Shown: in pieces, positions 36,935-48,554 of the stretch | How the letters are laid out: each line of letters starts with the position of its first letter | Position numbering within the stretch: position 1 is the first letter of the stretch | Translations under genes and position numbers: made by a program | NCBI RefSeq assembly: GCF_009914755.1 | Contig: NC_060925.1 | From: the human T2T-CHM13v2.0 reference genome, Homo sapiens | Strand: one strand, 5' to 3' | Length of the DNA: 64,000 nt | The notes under the pieces: generated by a model | Database searches by the model: none | What the model was told of the DNA's origin: nothing | Seen by the model: the letters and a program-made list of their open reading frames with translations, nothing else

Positions 36935-38054
36935 GCAATGAACCCAAATGCCTCTAATGCGATGCTATGAATTTCACATGATCAGAGGTTGGTAAGTCTG
37001 GGTAAGTGACATGTGGCTGGGATGCTGCCAAGGGGGACCCGCCAGCAGACAGTCAGGGTGGGCTGCAGTTGCCTGCAAGTTCTCGCTTTGTAGGGCTCCT
37101 AAAGGTTGAGGATTCTGACCTCACACATCCCTGATTCCACGAATAGAGAGGCTGCCCTGTGTGTACAGCTGCCCGGCTAATTAATTGCTTTTATTTGTAG
37201 TAAATAAACTCTTCAAATGCAGGAGGGCTTCCACAGGAGCTGGCCAGCGGCTTTTCTCTCCTCTTTCCAGAGGGGATTCCACCTCTCTCTGGGTCCACTC
37301 TGTGACGCCAAGCAGATGACAGAGAAGGGATTAAGGAGGGAAGGAAGGATTAAAAAAAAATTTAACATCTGAAACCAAGGCTTGCCATTCAGCGGGCATA
37401 AAGCCAGGGTGTGCAGGAGAAACTCTTAAAAAGTCAGCCAGCGGGTATTCATATGGGGCAGATGATATTCCAGGTAATGCTCCGAATGAAAATGATGTGC
37501 ATTCAAAAAAAAAATCATGTGCCTATGTGTTGAGGTCATCAGAAGCCAGTAGCTAAATATATCTCATAGGTGATGAAAATGACACAGTTCCTTTCTCTGT
37601 CCATTGTGGTGCTGGAGCCAACTATTGCTTCCAGTTGGAATGCCAACTCACTAATTTTCGTAAAACATATAAATATCAGGTGAGGAGGAGTGCTTGTTAT
37701 GTTCATGAGTAGCACATTTCCTGGTGGCTCGTAGAGGATGTCGATCAGCCCTGGTGCCGTCAGATGGTGGGTACAGCAGCCCCCAGTGGGGTGGGTTGAT
37801 GCATTTCCCACATACAGCAGAGAAAGCCATGCCAGCAAGACTGCAGCAGGGTGTCCCTTTGGCCAGTGCTAGGGACTGTGTTGAATTACCATCTCCCTTG
37901 TGAATCTTTCCTGTGGCCTGAAATTCATAGCATTCCTTTGGGTGCAGTTGAAGAAGAACAAATATTTGTGAAGCAGTTAGAGTGGTGTTGGGTAGAAATG
38001 AGCACTTGAAATTGTATCACAAATATGAGTGAATCTGGTCTAGGAGTGTGCACT

Positions 38055-38560
38055 ACTATCTATTGGTTACATACTGCTCATTCACAAATGACAACTCATA
38101 CATATTATCTCACATGTTCCCTGGGTCAGGAGTCTGGGCACAACTTAGTTGGGCCCTGTGCAAGGCTGAAACCAGATGTTGGCCGGGTCTGTGATCTCAT
38201 CAGAGGCTCAACTGGGGAAGGATTTACTGCCAAGCTCATGTGGTTGTTAGCAGCATGCATTTCCTTGAAGGCTGCCTGACAGAGGGCCTCTGTTTTCTGC
38301 TGGCTGTCAGTGCCTTGCCCTGCAGCCCTCTCCAAATGAGAACTCACAATAAGCCAGCAAGGGAGAGAGTACCCTAGCGAGATGGATGTTACAATCTCAT
38401 GTACCGTTATCACAGAAGTAACATCATCACCTTTGCTGTATCCTGTTGGCTAGAAGTGAGTCATGGGTCCCACCCACACTCGAGGGAGTGCACCATCTAA
38501 GACTGAACACCAGGAGGTGGGGACCCTGCCTGCCTCCTTAGAGCATGTCCACCACTGCGG
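38055..38560 (-). mobile_element. MLT1F/G-like LTR
   Basis: gggtcaggagtctgggcacaacttag…gaggctcaactggggaagg…ttggctagaagtgagtca. Confidence 0.65.
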
Positions 38561-39229
38561 TCATTTGCTCTCTTTGGGCAGTTCCAAATAATCACTAACA
38601 TTTATTGACTCAACAGGACTGTGAGCCAGATGCATCTCATTTAAAACATCTTATGTAATCCTCATAACAACCGAGTAGGTATGCTCCTATCCTAATCCTC
38701 ATTGCACAGCTCAGAAAGACAATTCCCAGAGATGTTCAGTAACTTGCACAAGGCTACATAGCATGCATTCAAACTGCACAATCAGGTGCACCTGCCCTTA
38801 ACTGCTTCATCCTAGAAGGCCAGGGGCAAGCTGCTGACCAAGACCTGGACTCTGGGAGACAGCTCAGTGCCATGCATTTGCCAGCTTTCTCAAGTTTGGA
38901 AGAGAACCATCCTATTTCAAACTGCAGCCTAACACTTGGGAAACCTGCTGCCTGACGTAGTAATTTCTCTTGACAGTACTCATCACCATGGGATCCACTG
39001 TGCACTTTACACATTGGATTCTCTCCTGCTTGTCTCCTCTCCTGGGACCTGAACTCCAGGAGGGCAGTGGGTTTTGTCCCATGTCCCCAGCTACTAGAAC
39101 AAAGACCCACAAATAGCAGGCACAGGAGAAATATCTGAGTGATGAATGAATGAATGAATGAAAGTTATTTATATTCTGGAATCTTTATTAGGGGCCTCAG
39201 ATCATAAGTGACCTGAGGACTTCAGGCTG

Positions 39230-39565
39230 TCTGCATTAGATTAATGTGGCCACCATAAAGTACTACAAACTGGATGGCTTAAAATGATAGAAATATATTA
39301 CCTCATAGTTCTGGAGACTAGATGTCCAAAATCAAGGTGTTGGCAGGGCCATACTCCCTCTGAAATCTGTAGGGTAGAATCCTTCCTTGCCTCTTCCAGC
39401 TTCTGGTGGTTGCTGGCAGTCCTTGGTGTTTCTTGGCTTATAGATGCATCACTCAAATCTCTGCCTCCACTTCACATGGCCTTCTCCCATCCACATGTGT
39501 CCTTGCCTCTTCTTATAAAGACATCAGTTGTATTAATCAGGGTTCTGCTTAGAAACAGAACCAAT

Positions 39566-39618
<53 letters not shown>

Positions 39619-40235
39619 AGAGATACTTACAAGGAGTTGGCTCACATGATCAGGGAGGCTGAGAATCCCCAAGATCTGCAGCCAGCCAGCTGGAGACCCA
39701 GGAGAGCTGATGGTGTAAGCTCTCATTTAATACTGTAGAACTGAGAACCAGAAGAGCTAATGTTATAGTTCCAGTTCAGAAGCTGGCAAGCTTGAGACTC
39801 AAGAAGAGCTGATGTTTCCGTTTGAGTCTGAAGGCAGGAAAAGACCAATGTCCCAGCTCAAAGCAGTCAGGCAGAGAGTGTTCCCTCTCTGTCAGTCTTC
39901 TATCCAGGCCTTCATCTGATTGGATGAAGCCCACCCACATTACAAAGAGCAATCAGCTTTACTCAGTCCACTGATTCAGATGTTAATCCTATCCATGAAC
40001 ACCCTCACCCATACACCCAGAGTAATCTTTGACCACACATCTGGGCACCCCGTAGCCCAGTCAAGTTGACAAGTAAAATTAACCCTCTCACCAGTCATTG
40101 GATTTAGGGTCCATGGTGATCCAATATGACCTCATCTTAAATACATCTTCAAAGTCCCTATTTCAAAATAAGGTCACAGTCTGAGGTTCAAAGTGGACAT
40201 GAACATGGGGGGACACAATTCCACCCAGTTACACC
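39230..40235 (-). mobile_element. MLT1C-like LTR interrupted by MLT2
   Basis: catagttctggagactagatgtccaaaatcaaggtgttggcagggcc…tcttataaagacatcagt|cattggatttaggg…aaataaggtcaca. Confidence 0.8.
39529..40090 (-). mobile_element. MLT2 (ERVL) solo LTR containing (GT)~23 at 39569-39614
   Basis: tgtattaatcagggttct…gcccagtcaagttgacaagtaaaattaaccctctca; TSD TCAGT/CCAGT. Confidence 0.85.
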
Positions 40236-41019
40236 CTCCTATGGGAGACAGAGGCTGGGTAGGGGTTGGGTTATGGGTCAGCCGGCTTTCTTTCTTTTCT
40301 ACCCTGTAGTGCTCAGAGCCTTGCCCCATAGATGTTTGTGAATGAATGACCATTACAAAGCTGGCCTCCATCCAGGCCACTGATGTCCACTTATCTCTCA
40401 TGTAAAGCCACCCTTGAGTCTGGTACATATGCTGGGCATAAATGACTTCCCAGAAAAAGGGAATTAAAGCTGTGTTTTCAGGTGCACTGGAGTTTTTATA
40501 TATAAATGTATAAAATTTGTTTCCATTCCAGTAAGAATGGTGAAGTTCAGTGTCGCATTGCTACTTATGATCTTTGATTCCATCCCAAACATCTTTCTAG
40601 TGGTGTTTTTTATATGGACTTTTGGCTGAAGTAGAGTAGAAATGGACTATTTCTGTGCGGGATTACATTTTAGTGTCTTATAACCTTGTACAATATATGA
40701 GCTAAATAATAGGGCTTTGGCATTCGAATTCAGGTGGATTTGGAAATATAGCAAAGATAAACTTCTGAGCAAGTTCTGTTTGAAATGGAGTGTTCTCTAG
40801 CACCCGTTATTGGTTTAAAATCCTGGGGGGAAGAGTTAAATAAATCAAAGAGACAGGTGCAGTTTTTAGATTAAACAGCCAAACCCATACAAAATCCCTT
40901 TGTCTAGACTGGACAAACATCAAGTGTTATTTCAGACAGTTTGATGAAATGCCCCACTGTTAACCCGCAGCCCGCTAAATGCCCGCAGTGTTTGGTAAAG
41001 CCCTTTGGAAGCCCGTGTT

Positions 41020-41040
41020 TTCAGCAGCACGGACAGTGTG
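41020..41040 (+). promoter_or_regulatory. Candidate RE1/NRSE (REST) element
   Basis: TTCAGCAGCACGGACAGTGTG vs consensus TTCAGCACCACGGACAGCGCC: 17/21 identities, canonical 2-nt spacing. Confidence 0.45.
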
Positions 41041-41534
41041 CAAAATTGCCACAGACTGCAAGGGAGAGGAATGTCAACTGGGCCACACTGTTGGCGTCCC
41101 CCTTCGCCAGCCCCAGGCCAAGGAAAGGAGGCTGGGTGCTTGCCAGAGTGAGGCAGGGGCTGCCAGCCACACCCACCCTGGACGCAGGCCTCTGGGAAGA
41201 CCCATGAGGCAGCCAGGGTTCTAGGAAAGGGCCCATAGGCAGTAATTTGTGTGCCTTTCTCGGGCTCTGGGCTTCTGGCCTGCAGAAGGGCTAGGTTCTG
41301 GCCATATTCCGGGCATTTCTGCTTACCTTGTTCAGACAGGTACAGCTGGGGCAGAGAGCACAGGCTTAGACAGAGGCCATGCCTGGAGGCAGAATATTTT
41401 TCCTTCTCATTCCGACCAAGCCTCACTCCCATCAGAGGTACTGGACAAAGCAAGGTCTCTCCAGAATAGTGCACCCTGGATTTGTCCCCCTCTGCTCTAA
41501 AGGAGAGGCAGACCACGTGCAGGAAGGCCACATG

Positions 41535-41830
41535 CTTGGGGTCAGACAGACCTGATGGGGCACGGTGGTGAGCTCTATGAACTTGGGCGATTCACTCATG
41601 ATCTCTGCCTCGGTCTCCCCACCTGCAAAATGAAGGGGATGACAGCAGCCTCTGGGAAAGCTTCTCTGGAGCCTGCCAGTTCCAGGTGCTGCTCTGAGTT
41701 CTGGTCAATCCTCATAGCAATCCTATAATGATCTTCATTTTACAGATGAGGAAACTGAAGCATAGAGAGCACGAGGAACATAGTAAGGCCACATATCCAG
41801 GAAGTGCCAGGGCTGGGATCACTGTAGGGA
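41535..41830. mobile_element. Two adjacent MIR fragments in opposite orientation
   Basis: tctctgcctcggtctcccacctgcaaaatg (+) and cattttacagatgaggaaactgaag (-). Confidence 0.65.
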
Positions 41831-42424
41831 GTCTGATGCAGAGTCCACCAATGATACTGTGGTCCACTGATGATGCTGAGAGGCCTTGAATTGGCCACAC
41901 ATCAAATTTCCCAACTTCAGAGCTGGTAAACTTGCAGGCTGCATGCATCTTAGAACCCATGAAATATGGAGGTGTGGATGTGGCAGGCTGTGCTGCCCAT
42001 CGATGGTCTTCATATGGTGCCTGATCAGTGCTGTTGTAGTTGCTAAAATAATAGCTCCCTGATCTCAAGCCTCAGAGATGCTTTGTTCATTCCCAAGTGG
42101 AGCTTGGCCACCTTCCCCTATGCATCTCCCTCCCCACAACCATGCTTGGGCCCCACTTCCACCCAAGACTATGCCCAGAATGCCTTTTCTCTGAGCCCAG
42201 CCATGAGGCCCTATCAGCTCTTTCTGGCAGCTGAAGTCTCCACCAGCCCTGAGTTTTCATGTCCCCATCTGTGCTCTGTGGCTCCTGCATGGAGTTGGTC
42301 TGGTTTCTGCTCTTTCCTGAGTGGTGATCTCTACCCAAGACTGCATGGTGTGGTTCCTGTATCCTCCCTCCAACCCCTAATGGCCACCAGAGCTATGCTG
42401 AGCCCTTCGTAGGGTTTCAGACAT

Positions 42425-42710
42425 GAATGTGATGATGGTGATGATGATGTTGGGGATGAGGATAGTGGTAATGATGATAATGATGATAGTGGTGATACTG
42501 GTGGTGTTGGTGGTGGTGATGATGGTGATTATGATGTTGGGGATGAGGATAGTGGTAATGATGATAATGATGATAGTGGTGATACTGGTGGTGTTGGTGA
42601 TGGTGATGATGGTGATGGTGGTGATGGTGATTGTGATGATGATGTTGGTGATGGTGATGGTGATGATGCTGATGGTGATGATGGTGATAATGAGAATGAT
42701 TGTGATTATT
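42425..42710. repeat. (GAT/GGT)n low-complexity repeat with internal ~87-bp duplication
   Basis: atgatgttggggatgaggatagtggtaatgatgataatgatgatagtggtgatactggtggtgttggtg occurs twice. Confidence 0.92.
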
Positions 42711-42839
42711 CCAAAAGGAGTAAGGCTGCACCATTTTCCAGCTATGTCAGTCCAGGCCCCAGTTGGCCCTTGGCCCCTTGGAGTCCAGCCACATACTGTG
42801 TAGGATCCAAGTGCCCTGCTCGCCAGAGATCCAGCACTC

Positions 42840-43245
42840 TTAATGGCAAGAGTCAGATGGTGGGGGTTCAAATTTGGACTCTTACCTGCTGTGTAATCTT
42901 GGTTGTAGTACTCCCCTTCTCTGTGCCTCACTCTCTCATCTGTAGAATGGGGTTAATAGCAACATCTGTCCTTCAGGGGCATGGGAAGAGTAAAATGATT
43001 AATGCCACAGTGTGCCTGGCACTGGGCCTGCCCAGAGTGCCCAGGGAAGATCAGCTGATAGTCTCACTTGACCCGCAGAGCTCAGAATCAGCATCCCTGG
43101 AAGCCTTGTTAAAATACAGCTTCCTTGGCCCGCCCTCACTGTTTCCCATTCAGTGGTCTGGGCTGGGTCTGAGCATAAGCGTTTCTTACCAGTTCCAGGT
43201 GACGCTGGTTCCACTGGCCTGGGGACCCAACTCTCAGGACCCTTG
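42840..43245. mobile_element. MIR followed by MER5-like fragment
   Basis: ctctgtgcctcactctctcatctgtagaatggg (MIR); cagaatcagc…ttgttaaaatacag…ttcagtggtctgggctggg (MER5). Confidence 0.6.
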
Positions 43246-46200
43246 AGCCTGTCCATCCATTTCAGTGGGTCCACTGGGACGTTGATATATGGGAAAGGCA
43301 AATGTGACCTCAGACATTCAGGAAAGCAAAGAAATGTAGGCAAGGAATTTCTACGGGTTTTAGGAAAATGTTTCGTCCTGCACTGGGTACCCACAGTCTT
43401 TCCCCTGGGGACTCTTGCAAATATACTTGACTCAGATCTCCATGGGACTCACCTGGCTGAAAACAAGCTGTCACAGCACCTTCCTCTCACTTGTCCCACA
43501 GCCATTTGAGGGCACTCCCTGTGTGCCAGCTCCCGAGTACTGATGGGGCTCAGGGGGCAAGGAAAGAACATCACTGTCCCCAGAGAGGCCAGGGTGGGAC
43601 TTGCACAGGTGCAGTGTTAGACGGTCAAGAAAGCCTGATGCTTAGGGCAGGGGGCACTGAGGAGGAGTATGCATGGTGAGGGGCTTCCTAGGGAGCATCA
43701 GATGCGTAGGCATTCATAAGACACAGACACACAGGGCAGGGTGAGAGGGAGGCATGAAGAATGGGGAGGAAGGAGATGGAGGAAGGAGGGGAGTGAGCAG
43801 AGGGCCCCGGGAATGGCCTGGAAAAGGCTGAGCCCTTGGATCCTCTGGGTTGGTGCATCTGGGCTCACCTCAATGGATTTGGAAGATTTAGTTTCATGCC
43901 TGTCTCTGAAGCTCCCAGGTTGAGCAAATGTTGCTGCTGTCTGCATGTGCAGGGCGGGAATGCATCCCCAGCTGTTTGGGGGGCAGCTGTTAACATGCTG
44001 ATAATTTTACTCGGTGGAAACCATGTTCATTCCATTGGCTCCTGGCTCAGCACATCTCCAGGTTTAAGAGTTCACGGGGCAGGCGGGAGGAGGAGGCCAT
44101 GAGGCTCACCTCCTGCCTGGGTCTAGGAAGCTGCACATCGGCCTTTATGAGTGTTCTGAGCGCCTGCTTTCTGAGTCATCACCATCATGGGCTACAGGAA
44201 GGAGAGACCAAGGAGCAAGGTCTAGGGCGGCCTTGTGGCCAGCCTGGCCACCTGGGGGAGGGGAAGGGAGTACCTTGAGCACATTCTCAGGGGGACCTTC
44301 TTTCCAGGAGCTGTTTCTCACCACTTCTTAGACATTCTCAAGCCATGGCCTTTCCTGGGTAGAATCTTGGGTTGAGAAGGTTTTTGCAGGCACTCGCAGC
44401 TTCTCACGTGCCTCCAAATGGACCTACATCATTCAAGACAGACATCTATCCATTTCACAGGTGGGAACCCTGAGGCACAAAGGTATCACTGTCTGGGCGC
44501 TGCTGGTAAAGGCAGAGCAGATCTAAAGCCCCCATCTCCATGCAATGGGATCGCCGTTGATTCCATTCAACTTGCCTCACCTCCCCCAGCCCCTTGCCTG
44601 TGCCAGCCTCCTCCACCAGAGCTGTCAAAGGGGCCACAAGGAACCAGCAGATCTCTTTCCTTGGGAAGCCAGGCCCATTGGCAGCCTCAGAGGATGGAGT
44701 CAGACCTGATCCCAAGCCATTGTCTTCTGCCTTTTGTCATAAGTCACTGTGGCAGGAGGAAAAAAGGCCCAACAACAAAGGCACCCTCCTGCTGCTGGAG
44801 TTTCCTCTCCCAGCAGGGCTTCTCTGGAGGATGCAGTCATGGCCCCGAACCCCCTCTGATCTGTCCAGCGTCCAGCATCTGTGTGACAGCCAGCTTTCTC
44901 AGCACCAGAAATGCAGCGATGGTGCATGGCTGTGTCCACAACCAGGAGCTGTGAAATGCTCCAAGTCCATAAATCACGGAAAACAAGGACATAACCTTGG
45001 TTCTGCACCATCAATACATTACCTAATTCAATCATAAAATGGAAGAGCAGTTCCATTTGTATAATTCCGTATGAAAAATCAGCAGATCTTTGCATTTTAA
45101 ATGCCGCCTGCATAGCCTCTCCACAGCGCTGAGCACAGCCTCCCTTTGATGGAACAAGTGTCAAATAGAAAGGATATAAACAAGCTCCCATGTCACTACC
45201 TTCCTGAGGATGCTTATTTAGGGGGTCTTTTAATGCCTGGCTGTGATGGTTTATTTGCAAATGGTCTGCAAGCTGCTAACAATTTGTATTTCACAATTTG
45301 CTGGAGCCTGGCAGGAGCCATAATCCCATCCAATGGCATCGACAGATCACCCAGCGCAGTGTCTTGTTTTCCAGCTGCTGCTGGAGGAGCTCATTGCCGG
45401 GACCCAAGACCAAGACCCTGCCCCAGGCGAAGGAGAGGCAAGCTCCACAAAGAAGGCTCCTTGGCGCCATGTTAGGGTGCACCGTTGGGGGGTCCATGGG
45501 GGACCTTCTTTCCAGGAGCTGTTTCTCACCACTTCTTAGACATTCTGAAGCCATGGCCTTTCCTGGGTAGAATCTCCCCTCTGCCTCCTTGGTGGGGTCA
45601 GGTGCCATCTGGTCATCCAGAGGCTGCAGGGCTGGGCTCTGCAAGGTCATTGCAGCCCATTGTCAGGATTGGGGATGGCAGGAAATGTCAGAGGACAGAG
45701 GGACCTGGGTGGCCATCAAATGCACCCCAAATTTGAAAGGACCCCTTCCTTTAGTGATCATCTCCTGTTTTCTGCAAGTAAATCCAAACTGCAGGCTTGA
45801 GGGCAGAGCTGTTTCTTCTCCTCGGAGGTTTTGCCTGTGTATCTGGCATGTGCCAGGCACGAGACAGCTGATGGTTGATAGTTGCTGACAAAATGACGTG
45901 GCCTCATCCTCACGTCCTCCTTGAAGCCAGTAGTGTCTCCTCACTGAGCAACTCCTTAACAAATAACCACAACTGCGTTAGATTCCTGGTGCAGTCATCA
46001 CAAATTACCACGAATTGAGTGGCTTATAACAGCAGACATTTGTTGTCTCGGTCTGGCAGCTAGAAGTCCAAAATCAAGGTGGGATGAGCTGGGTTCAAGG
46101 TTCAAGTTCCTACCCTTGATTGCCCCGCCTTCCTCTGCCACACTGCAGCTGGGTTGCAGAGGGCTGGGTTCAAGTTCTTTTTCTTCCCTGAGTGCGTGGG

Positions 46201-48213
46201 TAAGTCCATTAATTTCTTTGGGCTCCCAGAATAACCCCATCTCCAAAAGGAACACCCCATACATAGTTATTCGGCTTCAATAAGTAAATAAAATGATAAA
46301 CCCCAGTCTTTATGGATAATACACTAATTCTGCGGGAGTGCATAAGCCCACGCCAGCCTTCCGCAGAGCTTTGCCGAGCAGGAGGCCTTCAATGGGAATT
46401 CATTTCTCACTGTTACTGTTCCGATCTCAACGCCATGAAATAAAAAGGAAGAGTCACTTAGATGCCCACGTGGATGGAGCTCTTCTAGAAAGGCTTGCTC
46501 TTCCCGGCTGAGGTCAGGAGGCCAGTGTGGCCCTGGCCTTTGGCTCTGGAGCGAGGTGAGCCCCCTTCAGCCTGCAAAAGCTGCATGCCCTCCAGTCTCT
46601 CAGTGTGGCCTCCGTTCTCTGATGCACTCACTTTTATTAGCCCTGCTTCTAGGATGTCAACCTCCAAGCAAAGGGAATCTCCACTTCTGCCGAGGGGTCA
46701 GAGCTGATGGAGTGCCCGTGAGATTGGGCTGCCCACTTCCTGCCCAAGTTGACCAGGGCTGCCTCTGCCAGCTGCAGAGCACAACCAACCCCCTGCAAGG
46801 CCATGTCCTCACCACGGATGGGGACAGGAACCTGGAGCCCCATCCCTACTTCCAACCTCTGTGTAGGCCTTTTCCTCGCTCTTTCCTTTCCTCCTCTTTA
46901 CAGAATCCATTCCATAGACATGGACAATAATTTAGTTTTAGAAATCATGATCACAGCCAGAATGCAGGCTTGAGGACCTGAACGCCTCTCGAAAGCCACC
47001 ATGGGCACTCGCTATGTAGTGAGACCCTGGGAGAGTTTATTCTGGGAAGCCGTGGATGGGTTTCCACAATCTCCCATGACTGGTGCCTCAGCTGTTATTT
47101 GGAGATAACGTTCCCTTAAGCGGAGTGTAAAAATGTGTAGAAATGCTGGCACGCCCTCCATCAGCCTCAAAGCACTGATTCAGGTCATGCTCAGCGTGAG
47201 GTCAAGCCTTGGTCCGGGCAGCCTGGGGGCAGCCTCTGGGCTGGGACCAAGACCCCTGCGGTCCATGGGGAGGGCAAAGGTCAAATGTGACCAAATAAGA
47301 CAGAGAAGGAACAAGGAGTTTCAGGGGAGGACAGTGGAAGGTTCTGCTGTCTGGTGGCTACGGCTGCTTTAGGAAAATAGGACATTGGCACCTGGATTGT
47401 GATGACTCGAGCCACAGCTGTTCAGTGCCAAACTGAATCATAGAGTGAACGTCCCTGTCACTCTGAGAAGAACGAGAGCTCCGTGCTAAGGGAGTCAGCC
47501 CAGGCAGAACGCCCAGCCCAGGGAGGTGTCAAGGAAGGGCAGGGGCACCAGCTCCATCCATTCATCCATCCATCCATTCACTCATTCATTCATTCAGCCT
47601 CCTTCATCCGCCAGGCCTCTGTGTGGGAGGTGCTGGGGACACAGAGGTGAACTGAGACCCCAGATCACACAGGAGGCCAACGATGAACAAAGCCTTCACA
47701 GCTGAGGAAGGGGCTGCAGTTCTAAGTGGCCACTGGTGAAGAGCAGGGCCCACAGAACCTCTCCCTGGGGTCCAGCCTGTCCCAGTGAGCTGGAAGGCCT
47801 CCAGGGGAGGAGGTGTTTCTGCCGAGGCTGGAGGACGCAGCAGTGGGGAGCCAGGATGGGGAAGGGGGCAGCTGAGTCTGGGCTGTGCTGGACGAGGCTG
47901 GAGCGGTGGCCCCAGTGAGACGGGGGTCCCTCGGAGCGCCCCGTAGTCTTGGGAGGGAAGTGACACTTCGGAGGTTGGTGGCATGTTGCCCAGGGCATTG
48001 GCATGCGTGGGGAGTGGGGACATGTACTCACTGTGACCACACGGGGCTGGTGTCATCCAAGAGAGACAGTGAGAGAGGGAGAGAGAGACTGAAGTCCTCA
48101 GGTGAAATGCAACCTGTGAGAAACATAACTATTCCGGTTGACATTCAAACACGGTCTTATGTAGTGAAAACATTCAAGGTGTAGCTTCTCACTTAAAAAC
48201 AAACAAGTGATTA

Positions 48214-48554
<341 letters not shown>

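Noticed and set aside
37594-37616. Split RE1 half-sites CTGTCC…GGTGCTGGA
   Set aside because: The 5-nt spacer fits neither canonical nor typical non-canonical RE1 spacing.
42770-43246. 158-aa ORF with a hydrophobic, TM-like stretch
   Set aside because: Non-ATG start; derived from MIR and MER5 fragments; no coding hallmarks.
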